The notes: generated by a model from the sequence alone, not told the origin. 64,000 nucleotides of DNA from an uncultured delta proteobacterium (GCA_963743305.1 CAVUPH010000020.1:1-64000); one strand, 5' to 3'; counted from the first letter of the stretch, positions 10,675-20,120 are shown. Numbers and translations are program-made.

Positions 10675-12984
10675 ATGTTGGACCCATCCCAACCCAATTT
10701 GGAAGATCTCTTTTCACCTCAAAGCGTGGCCGTCATCGGGGCCTCGAATCGTTTTGGCAAGTGGGGCTTCAACCTGGCGGCCACCCTGCTGGTTTCCAAC
10801 TTTAAGGGGCCGGTTTATCTGGTCAATCCCCATGAAAGCCTAGTGCTGGGCCGAAGGGCCTATCCCTCCCTTAAAGATATCCCGGGAAAAGTCGATCTGG
10901 CCGTCATCGCCGTTCCGGCCCTGTCCTCCATTGCCATGGTGGAAGAATGTGGCCGTTTGGGTGTCAGGAATGTCCTCCTGGTATCCTCCAATTTTAAAGA
11001 GGTCGGGGAGGCCGGCGCCCAATTGGAAGTCCGGTTGACGGAAAAGGCCCTGGCGGGCGGGGTCCGTCTGGTGGGACCCAACACCATGGGGATGGTTTCC
11101 ACCCCAGCCGGGATGGAGATCCTATTCATGCCCCTGGGGGTGAAACCGGGCCCGGTGGATGTGATCTCTCAATCGGGGAATATCGGTCTTCAGATAATGG
11201 AATTGAGCATGAAGGAAGGGGTGGGGATCTGCCGCTTTGTCGGCTCAGGCAACGAAGCCGTCCTGGATCTGGCCGATTACCTGACCTTTTTCGGGCACGA
11301 TCCTCGGTCGAAAGTGGTGGTACTCTACATCGAAAGTGTTCGCCAAGGGGAAAAGTTTCTGGAAACGGCTGCCCGGGTCAGCCGGGTGAAACCCATCTTG
11401 GCTCTCAAGGCCGGCAAAACGGCCGCCGGGGCCCAGGCCGCCCGTTCCCATTCCGGGGCCGTGGCCCAATCCCCCCAGATGATTTCCGATCTTTTCAAAC
11501 AGGCCGGGATCGTGGAGGCCCAATCCACCGAGGAGTTGATTGACTTAGTCAAGACTTTCAGCCTTCTAAAACCCCCTGAAGGCCGACGACTGGGAGTGGT
11601 CACCCTGGGCGGCGGTTGGGGCGTGGCCACTACCGATGCGGCCGCCTTGAAAGCCTTACCGCTGGCCGCTCTTTCACCTCCGACGTTGGAAAAGTTGAAT
11701 GCCATTCTGCCGCCTTTCTGGAGCCACGCCAATCCCCTCGACCTGGCCGGGACCACCGATCGAATGTCCCACCTGGAGGTCCTGCGGATCCTTTCCGCCG
11801 GAGGTGAGGTGGATGCCCTGATTGTCCTGGGCATGCTGACCGGGGTGCGAAAATATCTGGGGCAACTTTTTCGCTGGAAGTGGCTTTTTGTAAAACATGC
11901 GCTGCGTTCCCTTTTAAACCTTCCCCGGAAGCTTTTGGCTAAAGACGCCGGCCGATCAGAGGGGAAATCCAGTCGGAAAAGCGAGAAGAGAAAACGGGGG
12001 GGCTTCCGCCTCAGAGAATTCAGGATCTGGGCGGATGGACCCTTCATGGTGGAAATCCGAAAAATCATGGCCCGCTATGGGAAGCCCATCCTGCTGGTTA
12101 CCTATCTGCCCGGAACGGCGGTAAAGATGACCCGCCGATTTCAGCAACCCATCTTTGGGAATCCGGAACGGGCGGTGGTGTCCATGAGCGGTCTGATGGA
12201 GTATGGCGGGTATCTGAACGACGTAAAACGAGGTCTGCTGGCCATTCCGCAAAGATCTCCTTTAAAGGAATCTCTTCCGGGTGACTTAAGATCGGCTGAA
12301 GTGCCGGATGAATTTCAGGGCAAAAAGATTTTAGCCCACTACGGGATAGCCATTCCCAAAAACGGGATCGCCCGGGACGAAGCAGAGGCCGTGGCCCTCG
12401 CCGGACAGATCGGGTTTCCGGCGGCCCTCAAGATACTATCCGCCGAAATCCAGCATAAGACCGATGCCGGGGGAGTATTTCTCCATTTGGAGAACGAAGA
12501 GGAAGTAACGGCCGCGGTCAATAAAATCAAAAGAAGATTCCCGACTCTCTTTCAAACGAACGGGCCGTCTTTGCTGGTGGAGGAGATGGTCGCCGAAGGG
12601 GTGGAGGTCCTTTTAGGGATGACGCAAGACCCCTATTTCGGACCCTTGCTGGTCATCGGGCTGGGCGGAATCCTGGTGGAAGTGTTGAAAGACGCCGCTT
12701 TTGCCTACGCACCGATTTCTCCCTTTCAGGCGGAAAGGATGTGGCGGTCGCTCAAAGGATTTTCCATCCTCATGGGAGTCCGGGGGAGACCGCCGGCCGA
12801 TTTTCAGGCCTTGATTCAAGCCACCGTGGACTTTTCCGGCCTGATAGAGGAAATGGGCCGTGATTTTGATTCCATCGAAATCAACCCCCTGCTGGTCCTG
12901 CCCGAGGGCCGCGGGGTCCGGGCCGTTGATGCCCTGTTTGTAGGCAAAGGCGCAGAGGGCAGAGGGCATGGGGTAGAGGCGTGA
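10675..12984 (+). CDS. Acetate--CoA ligase (ADP-forming) family, fused alpha/beta
   Basis: PQSVAVIGAS CoA-binding, GPNTMG, SQSG, RSHSGA phospho-His, HKTDAGGV and EINPL ATP-grasp motifs. Confidence 0.92.
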   Translation: MLDPSQPNLEDLFSPQSVAVIGASNRFGKWGFNLAATLLVSNFKGPVYLVNPHESLVLGRRAYPSLKDIPGKVDLAVIAVPALSSIAMVEECGRLGVRNVLLVSSNFKEVGEAGAQLEVRLTEKALAGGVRLVGPNTMGMVSTPAGMEILFMPLGVKPGPVDVISQSGNIGLQIMELSMKEGVGICRFVGSGNEAVLDLADYLTFFGHDPRSKVVVLYIESVRQGEKFLETAARVSRVKPILALKAGKTAAGAQAARSHSGAVAQSPQMISDLFKQAGIVEAQSTEELIDLVKTFSLLKPPEGRRLGVVTLGGGWGVATTDAAALKALPLAALSPPTLEKLNAILPPFWSHANPLDLAGTTDRMSHLEVLRILSAGGEVDALIVLGMLTGVRKYLGQLFRWKWLFVKHALRSLLNLPRKLLAKDAGRSEGKSSRKSEKRKRGGFRLREFRIWADGPFMVEIRKIMARYGKPILLVTYLPGTAVKMTRRFQQPIFGNPERAVVSMSGLMEYGGYLNDVKRGLLAIPQRSPLKESLPGDLRSAEVPDEFQGKKILAHYGIAIPKNGIARDEAEAVALAGQIGFPAALKILSAEIQHKTDAGGVFLHLENEEEVTAAVNKIKRRFPTLFQTNGPSLLVEEMVAEGVEVLLGMTQDPYFGPLLVIGLGGILVEVLKDAAFAYAPISPFQAERMWRSLKGFSILMGVRGRPPADFQALIQATVDFSGLIEEMGRDFDSIEINPLLVLPEGRGVRAVDALFVGKGAEGRGHGVEA

Positions 12985-13033
12985 AAGCGTGAGAGCGCGA
13001 GGGGTAAGGAGTGAGGAGTAAGGCTGATGGTGG

Positions 13034-13089
13034 TCGCAAAAAATCCCGCAGGCTGTCATTGCGAGGAGTGAAGCGACGAAGCAATCCCC
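13034..13089. repeat. Half of TCGYAAAAAG-capped GTCATTGCGAG REP element
   Basis: TCGCAAAAAATCC...CTGTCATTGCGAGGAGTGAAGCGACGAAGCAATCCCC, core identical to 14911-14947. Confidence 0.75.
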
Positions 13090-13118
13090 AATTTAGACTT
13101 CGGACGAGGATATCGGGC

Positions 13119-14686
13119 GTGAGACGAAAGAAAAGATTTATAAGCAAGGGGGGGATCTTTAGCTGGTTTCTGGCTTTGTTCCTCCTGGTTGCGGGAGCGG
13201 GTGTCGGCTGGGCAGGACCGGAAGGACGTCTGCGGATACTCTACTTGAATGATTTTCATGGATACGCGGAACCGCAGCGGCCGGTAGGGAGTTCGGAGGC
13301 CTTAGGGGGGATAGCTTATCTGGCGGCTGAGGTTAACCGGCTGCGGGCTGGACAACCAACGCTGCTTTTGGCCGCCGGAGATATGATCCAGGGAAACCAA
13401 TGGGCCAATTTTTTTCAGGGCGCCTCGGTCCTTCGGGTAATGAAGGCCATGAAGTTCGATGCCCTGGTAGTGGGCAACCATGAATTTGATTTCGGACAGG
13501 AGGTCCTGAAACAGCGGATCGGCGAGGCCGCCTTTCCCGTTCTGGGCGCCAATGTAAAGGGCCTGCCCGAAATCAGGCCCTATGTCCTGAAAGAAATCGG
13601 GGGCTGGAAGGTGCTGATCATCGGAGTAGTGACCGAAGATACCCCGGTGATGACCCATCCCCGGAACGTGACCGGCCTGGCCTTCCTTCCTCCCGCTGCC
13701 ACCATCCGGCAGATACTGAATTCGTACGCTCCGAATGCGGATCTGGTCGTTGTCCTGTCCCACCTGGGCCTCCCCGCCGACCTGAAACTGGCCCGGCAGG
13801 TGAAGGGGATCCACCTGATCGTGGGAGGCCACACCCACACCCGAATCGAACAGCCGATGAAGGTAAATGACACCTGGATTGTCCAGGCCTGGGAACACGG
13901 CAAAGTCCTGGGCTGCCTGGACCTGATGATGGCCGAGGGCGGGATTCGACTTGCCGAAGGACGATTGATCGACATCAAACCCGGGGGGGCACCGGATAAG
14001 GAGGTCTCCGCCCTGGTGGAAGAATACCAGCCGCCGGGTTAATGCCCAACTGGAGGAAGTCATCGGAGAAGCCCTGGTGGACCTGAAAGGGCAGGGCGCC
14101 CGCCGGCAGGAAACCAACCTGGGCGACGTGCTGGCCGATATTCTCCGCACTGAAACCGGAGCGGATCTGGCGGTTCTCAATGGGGGCGGGATACGGACGG
14201 ATATCCCCCAAGGTCCGATCCAGGTCAAAACGGTAATGGACGTTTTACCCTTTAACAATTTTCCGGTTGTCTTGCGTCTCAGCGGCCGGGAAATAAGGGA
14301 AGTCCTGGAACAGGGGGTTTCCGATCTGGGGGGACATGGAGGCAAATTTTTGCAGGTATCCGGAGTGCGCCTGGTCTACAGACCGTCGGCGCCCCCGGGC
14401 AACCGGGTCCAGGAAATTCGGATCAACGATCAACCTCTGGACCCGGATAAGCAGTATCTGCTGGCCACCAATGATTTCCTGGCCGCCGGGGGAGACGGTT
14501 TTTCCGTTTTTAAAAAGGCCTTCCCGGACCAGGCTTCGAATCCGGACTGGAAGACCCGAACCCGGATCCGGAAAGGTCGCCCTATACGATCGGGGGAGAA
14601 CGATTCAGGAATTGGTGATCGCTTTCATAAAAAGACAGAAAAAGGTGACGGCCTCTACGGATGGCCGGATCCGGAGCCTGGAGTAA
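13119..14686 (+). CDS. Bifunctional metallophosphatase/5'-nucleotidase (frameshifts near 14030 and 14560)
   Basis: Signal peptide, NDFHG, AGDMIQG, GNHEFD, SHLG, GGHTH; C-domain ETNLGDVLAD, NGGGIR, LQVSG, DFLAAGGDG. Confidence 0.88.
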
Positions 14687-14688
14687 TC

Positions 14689-14871
14689 ATGAAAGCCTGG
14701 GTCAATAATCAACGGGTGGATCTTTTGGAGGGGATGACCGTTCGTCATGCCTTGATTCAGGCGGACTTGGTTAAAGAGATTGAAAAAGGGAAAAAAGTCT
14801 ATGATGAATGGGGAAACGAGGCGGGTTTGGACGGGGCGGTTGAAGAGGGACAGCGCTTTGAGGTAAAATAG
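14689..14871 (+). CDS. Small hypothetical protein, possible beta-grasp (ThiS-like) fold
   Basis: MKAWVNNQRVDLLEGMTVRHAL...DEWGNEAGLDGAVEEGQRFEVK; ATG 2 nt after nucleotidase stop with GGAG RBS. Confidence 0.65.
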   Translation: MKAWVNNQRVDLLEGMTVRHALIQADLVKEIEKGKKVYDEWGNEAGLDGAVEEGQRFEVK

Positions 14872-14891
14872 AAAAGCTATGGTTGAGGGTT

Positions 14892-15019
14892 TCGCAAAAA
14901 GTCCCCAGCGCTGTCATTGCGAGGAGTGAAGCGACGAAGCAATCCCCAAAAATCAGCCGGTTCCCATTAGGGGATTGCTTCGCTTCGCTCGCAATGACAG
15001 TTTCTTGGACTTTTTACGA
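14892..15019. repeat. MITE-like element: TCGCAAAAAGTCC / GGACTTTTTACGA ends enclosing a GTCATTGCGAG REP dimer
   Basis: Terminal inverted repeats at 14892-14904 and 15007-15019; inner CTGTCATTGCGAG...GCAATCCCC / GGGATTGCTTCGCTTCGCTCGCAATGACAG. Confidence 0.8.
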
Positions 15020-15130
15020 GGTTGTCATTATTAACGGCCTCAAACTCCGCATGTAGATGCCATCTATGAGACTGTTACTAAATAATAACACCGGACTTTT
15101 TGGCTTAAATTCAAAAATAAGGAGGACTAA

Positions 15131-15613
15131 ATGCAGGTATTGATTCTTTATTACTCAAGAGGAGGAAATACCCGGAAACTGGCCGAGGCCATTGCTGAAG
15201 GAGTTAGCGCAGTGGAGGGGACGCAGGCCCTGTTGCGGAATACTAACGAGGTCACCAAGGATGATTTCGTGAATTCCGCCGGGCTGATTGCCGGGTCGCC
15301 GGTCTACTTCGGGGCGATGGCCGCGGAACTCAAGAAGGTTTTTGACGATTACGTGGGAGTTCGGAAAAAGATGGAGAACAAGGTGGGGGCAGCCTTTGCC
15401 ACCTCGGGAGATCCTAGTGGAGGAAAGGAAACCACCATGATATCCATCATCCAGTGTCTGCTGATTTACGGCATGGTTGTCGTGGGCGATCCGCTTTCGG
15501 CCACCGGGCATTACGGGGTGGCCTGCACCGGGGCCCCCGATGAAAAGATTTCCGAAAACGCCCGCCTTTTGGGGAAACGAGTGGCCGAACTTTGCTTGAA
15601 ATTGAAATCCTGA
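15131..15613 (+). CDS. Flavodoxin/WrbA-like NAD(P)H-dependent oxidoreductase
   Basis: YYSRGGNTRKLAEAIAEG, GSPVYFG, KVGAAFATSG..GGKETT; GGAGG RBS. Confidence 0.9.
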   Translation: MQVLILYYSRGGNTRKLAEAIAEGVSAVEGTQALLRNTNEVTKDDFVNSAGLIAGSPVYFGAMAAELKKVFDDYVGVRKKMENKVGAAFATSGDPSGGKETTMISIIQCLLIYGMVVVGDPLSATGHYGVACTGAPDEKISENARLLGKRVAELCLKLKS

Positions 15614-15628
15614 GAGTCGTCATTTTGT

Positions 15629-15655
15629 GCGGGAGGGGATGAACCCCTCCCCTAC
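15629..15655 (-). repeat. GTAG-family REP palindrome
   Basis: Reverse complement GTAGGGGAGGGGTTCATCCCCTCCCGC. Confidence 0.65.
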
Positions 15656-15720
15656 ATGCGAACGCTTAAGTTTTTGACCTTGAAGCCCGCTTTTTGATTT
15701 TTTTTCGTATTAGACACGAA

Positions 15721-15871
15721 TGCCCGCGGACGGGCACCCCGAAGCATGAAAAGGCTCAAAGGGTGATGCCCAAGGTTAAGACCGACTCGGTCTGAACGCT
15801 ACCGAGCTTAGAAGGCTATCGTCATACTAAACCCACATGCCCCGCGGACGGGCACCCACGAAGCATGAAAA
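15721..15871 (+). repeat. Two direct copies of GGACGGGCACCC(C/A)CGAAGCATGAAAA repeat
   Basis: Copies at 15721-15752 and 15838-15871; related copies at 52581-52621 and (reverse) 63907-63945. Confidence 0.8.
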
Positions 15872-15893
15872 TATACAGACTTGCCAACAAAGA

Positions 15894-15992
15894 CGTCATT
15901 GCGAGGTGCGGAGCGCCGAAGCAATCCCCCCGCTGGCTCCCGGGTTCCTCTAAGCTGTCGTTGGAGATTGCTTCGCTCCGCTCGCAATGACG
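15894..15992. repeat. CGTCATTGCGAG REP dimer
   Basis: CGTCATTGCGAGGTGCGGAGCGCCGAAGCAATC ... GATTGCTTCGCTCCGCTCGCAATGACG. Confidence 0.8.
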
Positions 15993-16014
15993 GGGGCTGG
16001 AGCTATTTTCGTAT

Positions 16015-16722
16015 ATGACTGACCGACCCGAAGCGATAAGACATCTTCAAGAAGAAGTCATTTCCTGCCTGAAGTGTCCCCGGCTGGTTGAATATCGTCA
16101 GGAGGTAGCTCAACAGATACCGCGGCGGTTTCAAGGCTGGTCCTACTGGGCCCGCCCCTTGCCCAGTTTTGGGGATCCCCAAGGCCGGGTCTTGATCATC
16201 GGCCTGGCCCCGGCGGCCCAAGGCGGAAACCGTACTGGGCGCATGTTCACCGGAGACCGGAGCGGTGACTGGCTTTTCGAGGCCCTGCACCGTTTCGGGT
16301 TCGCCAACCAGCCCCATTCGGAAACGGGGGATGACGGGCTGGTTTTGAAGGATTGTTATATCACCGCCACCCTCCGCTGCGCCCCGCCCCAGAACAAACC
16401 GCTGCCCGTGGAGATCGAGGCCTGCCGGCCTTACTTTCAACGGGAACTGAACCTGTTGAAAGCGGTTCGGGTCTTTATACCTTTGGGCCAATTGGCATTC
16501 AATCAGCTTTTGAAAAACCTGCGCTGGAAGGGCCTGACGCTGCCGTCGTTGAAATTCGGCCACGGGCAGGTCTATCCCCTGCCGGATGACCGGACTATCA
16601 TCGCCTCCTACCACCCCAGTCAACAAAACACCTTTACCGGGAAGTTAACCAAGGAGATGTTTTACCGGGTCTTCGAACAGTCACGGCAGTATTTGAATTC
16701 CCCGGCTCCCCCGGGAAAATGA
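16015..16722 (+). CDS. Uracil-DNA glycosylase, family 5 (UdgB-like, Fe-S)
   Basis: C..CPRL, GLAPAAQGGNRTGRMFTGDRSG, CAPPQNKP, YHPSQQNTFTG. Confidence 0.93.
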   Translation: MTDRPEAIRHLQEEVISCLKCPRLVEYRQEVAQQIPRRFQGWSYWARPLPSFGDPQGRVLIIGLAPAAQGGNRTGRMFTGDRSGDWLFEALHRFGFANQPHSETGDDGLVLKDCYITATLRCAPPQNKPLPVEIEACRPYFQRELNLLKAVRVFIPLGQLAFNQLLKNLRWKGLTLPSLKFGHGQVYPLPDDRTIIASYHPSQQNTFTGKLTKEMFYRVFEQSRQYLNSPAPPGK

Positions 16723-16777
16723 AAACGTTGAAAAAAATAATCAATAATCAATTGATAATTACTAATTGTTAACCGTC

Positions 16778-17371
16778 ATGCCCCTGGCCTTCGACAGCCT
16801 CAGCCACGGAAAAATCGCCTTCGGTTTTTTCAATATCGAGACCGACCTGCTGCTTTTGAACCGGTATTTCTTTTTCGCCTCCGACTTCTGCCTTCGCCTT
16901 GTCGAGGCGGCCGGTTCGATTCACAGAGAGAATTCGGAATGGGTCCTGGACGGCTACCGGTTGGAAGAGGAGCGGATCGGCAACCTGATGGGGGCCATTC
17001 ACGGTTTTGATTTCCGGGGATTTATCGGGGAGGTTTACCGTTTCTATCCTTTTCCGCAGGAGCCGGATGATTTCAAGCAAAACCCGGAGGGCTTCCGGGC
17101 CCGATCGGTCATGGAGCAGGTGCTGGCAAAATACGGTTCGACCGTGGCTATCCCCATTCGATTCCCGGCGGAAAGGAACGAGGTCATCATCGGAGAATAT
17201 CGTTTCACCCGGGAAAATTTCCAGGAATTGCTTTTCTACGTCTGGCGGGGAGGCTATCCCCGCTGGCGCGACGACCGGAGGCCCGATTACGTGGAGACGA
17301 TGAAGAAATCGGTGAAAAATGCGGGTGGTTTTCCCTTCGATGGAACCTGGTGGGCACAGCAGGCGGTTTAG
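16778..17371 (+). CDS. Hypothetical protein
   Basis: Uninterrupted ~197 aa ORF with host-like codon usage (MPLAFDSLSHGKIAFGFFNIETD...WRGGYPRW). Confidence 0.7.
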   Translation: MPLAFDSLSHGKIAFGFFNIETDLLLLNRYFFFASDFCLRLVEAAGSIHRENSEWVLDGYRLEEERIGNLMGAIHGFDFRGFIGEVYRFYPFPQEPDDFKQNPEGFRARSVMEQVLAKYGSTVAIPIRFPAERNEVIIGEYRFTRENFQELLFYVWRGGYPRWRDDRRPDYVETMKKSVKNAGGFPFDGTWWAQQAV

Positions 17372-17393
17372 AGAGATTTGATCTTGTTTTCCC

Positions 17394-17510
17394 TTGCGTG
17401 AGGAAGCCCAACAGTTTTTTCTGCAATCGATTCAAGCAGGGAACTGGCTGGTGACCTCGGCCGAAGTACTTCAGGAGTTGCTGCATGTGTATCTGCCGGC
17501 AGGGCGGTTG
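17394..17510 (+). pseudogene. PIN/VapC-like toxin remnant
   Basis: REEAQQFF...LVTSAEVLQELLHVYL resembles PIN-domain helix motif; lacks N-terminal IFVDTN and degrades after ~35 aa. Confidence 0.45.
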
Positions 17511-17941
17511 GTGACTAAAATTCGTGCGTACCAGACGAATATGGCCAGCAGTTTGAATTGGTTGCGGAGAAAATCGTTCAGTTGCCCGCAGGATATGTCT
17601 AACCCGAAGCAGTCCGTCCTGCCAGGGCAGGACCAGCCACTTGAGCAGTTTAGAGATTAGAACAAGGCAGTCGGCTGATGCTAAGCTCTCGTCGGCAGCA
17701 GGGGATCTCAGGAGTTTAATATCAAGAATAAAGAATTGACCCCATGTGTGTGCGTTTTTGGGGCCGACCCTAATTTCTAATTTCTCCGTTGGCGTCGTGT
17801 TCTCCCGCGTAAACCATCTGGAAGACTGGCCGCAGTTATCCAGAATCCCTTCCGGTTCCGGATTCAGGCAGGTCTTTGCACAAATTATACTTGACAATGT
17901 AAATGATATAGGCAATTATAGTCGGCGTGGAGGAGGGGCCA

Positions 17942-18397
17942 ATGAGACGCACAGTTCTTGACTTGCATCACGCAGGGGATGAGACGCATCTGCTTCGTGA
18001 GATCATGCGCACGCAGCAGGCGGCGCTCAATGTGTTCAGCCGCCAGGTGGGAATGCCGGCGGCGCGGTTGGCGCTGATGCGATTCCTTGCGATTCGCCAT
18101 CCGGAAGCCGTTGGGATCATGGAGATCGCTCGACAACTGGGCATCAATGCGGCAGCGGTCACCCGCCAGGTGAAAGGTATGGAAAGCGAACGGTTGGTCG
18201 AACGTTGTGCTGATGCCAGGGATGGCCGGCGCAACTACGTCACCTTGACCGCCGATGGCCTAAGGATTTTCGAGCAGTTGCACGAACGGGCACACGCTTT
18301 CGAGCAATCACTCAGCACCGCCATCAGCGCTGAAGATATGGCTGCCACAATACGGGTCCTGGTTCACGTACGCGCCGCTCTCGAAGCGTTGCGTTGA
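17942..18397 (+). CDS. MarR family transcriptional regulator
   Basis: EIARQLGINAAAVTRQVKGME..LVER..DARDGRRNYVTLTADG. Confidence 0.9.
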   Translation: MRRTVLDLHHAGDETHLLREIMRTQQAALNVFSRQVGMPAARLALMRFLAIRHPEAVGIMEIARQLGINAAAVTRQVKGMESERLVERCADARDGRRNYVTLTADGLRIFEQLHERAHAFEQSLSTAISAEDMAATIRVLVHVRAALEALR

Positions 18398-18606
18398 ACT
18401 TGCGACATGCCTGGATGTCAGCGCACACCATACTTGGCGTCCTCTTTATGGTATCGATTGTCTGGCATGCCATTCTCAATCGTCGCCTACTGCTCAACTA
18501 CATCCGAGGGCACGCCGCCCGTCCGGGAACAGGGCGAGAAGCTGTCGGTGCCATCGTCCTCGTCGCGGTAATGCTGTTTGTCGTGGTGAGCCACACGTTT
18601 CACTAG
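18394..18606 (+). pseudogene. C-terminal fragment of DUF4405-like membrane protein
   Basis: WMSAHTILGVLF...WHAILNRR two-His TM motif, N-terminal helix missing. Confidence 0.45.
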
Positions 18607-18654
18607 GAGCCCTATAACGCAGCCGCGCTGAGGGTGATCACCTATGGAGGCTTT

Positions 18655-19431
18655 ATGCAGATCAATAACGATATTTACCAGACCCAAGGCCACGTTTGGT
18701 GGGCAGAGGATGCCGGATTTGATGTTTCCAGCCTCAGATATTGCATGAACCCCGTGAGGTACGGGTATTTCAAGCGCAAGCTGAAGGAGCGACACCTTAC
18801 GGGCAAGACCGTATTGGACGTCGGCTGTGGTGGCGGCTTTCTGGCGGAGGAATTCGCAGGGGACGGGTTTGCCGTAACCGGTATCGATCCGGCCGCTCGT
18901 TCCATCGAAGCGGCGCGGAAGCATGCCGCCGACAACAACCTGGAGATCGACTATCGTGTGGGAAAGGGAGAAGCCTTACCGTTTTCCGACGGCTCCTTCG
19001 ACATCGTTGCCTGCTGCGATGTGCTCGAGCATGTGGACGACCTCAGCCTGGTGATCAGCGAAGTCGCGCGCACGCTGAAGACAGGGGGAGTATTCTGCTT
19101 TGACACGATCAATCGAACCTGGTTGAGTAACCTTGTTGTGATCAAAATCAGCCAGGACTGGCGCTTCACCAGTTGGACCCAACCCAATGTCCATGTTTGG
19201 GGGAAATTCATCAGACCGGCCGAACTTACTGCCGTCATGAATCGCTTCGGGCTCGCGCATCAGGAGCTGACAGGCATTTCTCCGAATAAGAATCCTCTGG
19301 CACTGCTCGCGAGTCTGCGAGCCTTAAAAAAAGGCAGGCTGAGCAACCAAGAGATGGTTGCCGCCATCGCATTATGCGAAACCGAAGATCTGAGAATATC
19401 CTACATGGGCTATGCTATCAGAAGTTCTTAG
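18655..19431 (+). CDS. UbiG-like SAM-dependent O-methyltransferase
   Basis: WW..., MNPVR, VLDVGCGGGFLAE, CDVLEHV, DTINRT, KFIRPAEL; GGAGG RBS. Confidence 0.85.
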   Translation: MQINNDIYQTQGHVWWAEDAGFDVSSLRYCMNPVRYGYFKRKLKERHLTGKTVLDVGCGGGFLAEEFAGDGFAVTGIDPAARSIEAARKHAADNNLEIDYRVGKGEALPFSDGSFDIVACCDVLEHVDDLSLVISEVARTLKTGGVFCFDTINRTWLSNLVVIKISQDWRFTSWTQPNVHVWGKFIRPAELTAVMNRFGLAHQELTGISPNKNPLALLASLRALKKGRLSNQEMVAAIALCETEDLRISYMGYAIRSS

Positions 19432-19629
19432 GTTTGACTCAAATTACAATGGCCATGGGCACTGACCTTAGTATAACTCAACAGGGAAGGGGATCTATTG
19501 CGGGGGCCAACCCAAGCGCGTCATTCCCGCGTACTTTTAATCCAGAATGGGGTCGGACCCAACGCCGTTAACTTAACAGATTTAGACCTGAAATTGAGTA
19601 TGGTCGTCATTCTGGAAGCCTGCCCGACT

Positions 19630-20080
19630 CAATGACCCGTGAGTACCAACGGCAGGTGGAGCGTTTCCGGCTCTTCGAAGCGAATATTGTCAATGTAATA
19701 CATATTGCCCTGGGCGGGGGAAGGCCTTCAAGGGCAATCTTTTGATTGACGTCGAACCCGAATTTGTCGATGGCGGCGAAGTTGAAGTGGGAGGGGATGG
19801 GTTCCCGATTGACGACTCGAGCGCCGTTCAGGGACGCCGAAAAGCAATTGGATACCAGGTCGTAATCAAACCGAACCGTGTACCGCGACCCCGCCTGGAA
19901 CGTCCCCACAGGTACGAGCGTGTCGACGGCGGGCGGTCCGGAAAACCGGATCAACCGGCCGTCGTCCAGAGAGATCAGGGTTGCCAGAGCCGGAGCCAGC
20001 GACCAGAGGAGCCAAAGAAACAGAAAACAACTCAAGGAGAGGATTCGGCGCCGGGGCGTGGGGCGGTTATTGATTTTCAT
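19630..20080 (-). CDS. Secreted hypothetical protein with C-terminal LHLPLVL tail (frameshift near 19720)
   Basis: Signal peptide; alternative frame after GLP gives QGNMYYIDNIRFEEPETLHLPLVLTGH*. Confidence 0.55.
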
Positions 20081-20120
20081 CTAAGGATTCCGTTTTCTGG
20101 ACTGCCGGCGTGAACCTTGT

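Noticed and set aside
14077-14871. Nucleotidase C-domain fused to the small ThiS-like protein
   Set aside because: Artefact of a frameshift near 14560; the natural nucleotidase end is in the frame stopping at 14686, and the small gene has its own RBS and ATG.
15721-15871. Mini CRISPR array
   Set aside because: Only two imperfect copies with an ~85 nt spacer, other copies are dispersed, and there are no cas genes.
17596-17720. Integron attC site after GTCTAAC
   Set aside because: No matching GTTRRRY end or L-box pairing found; no integrase in the window.
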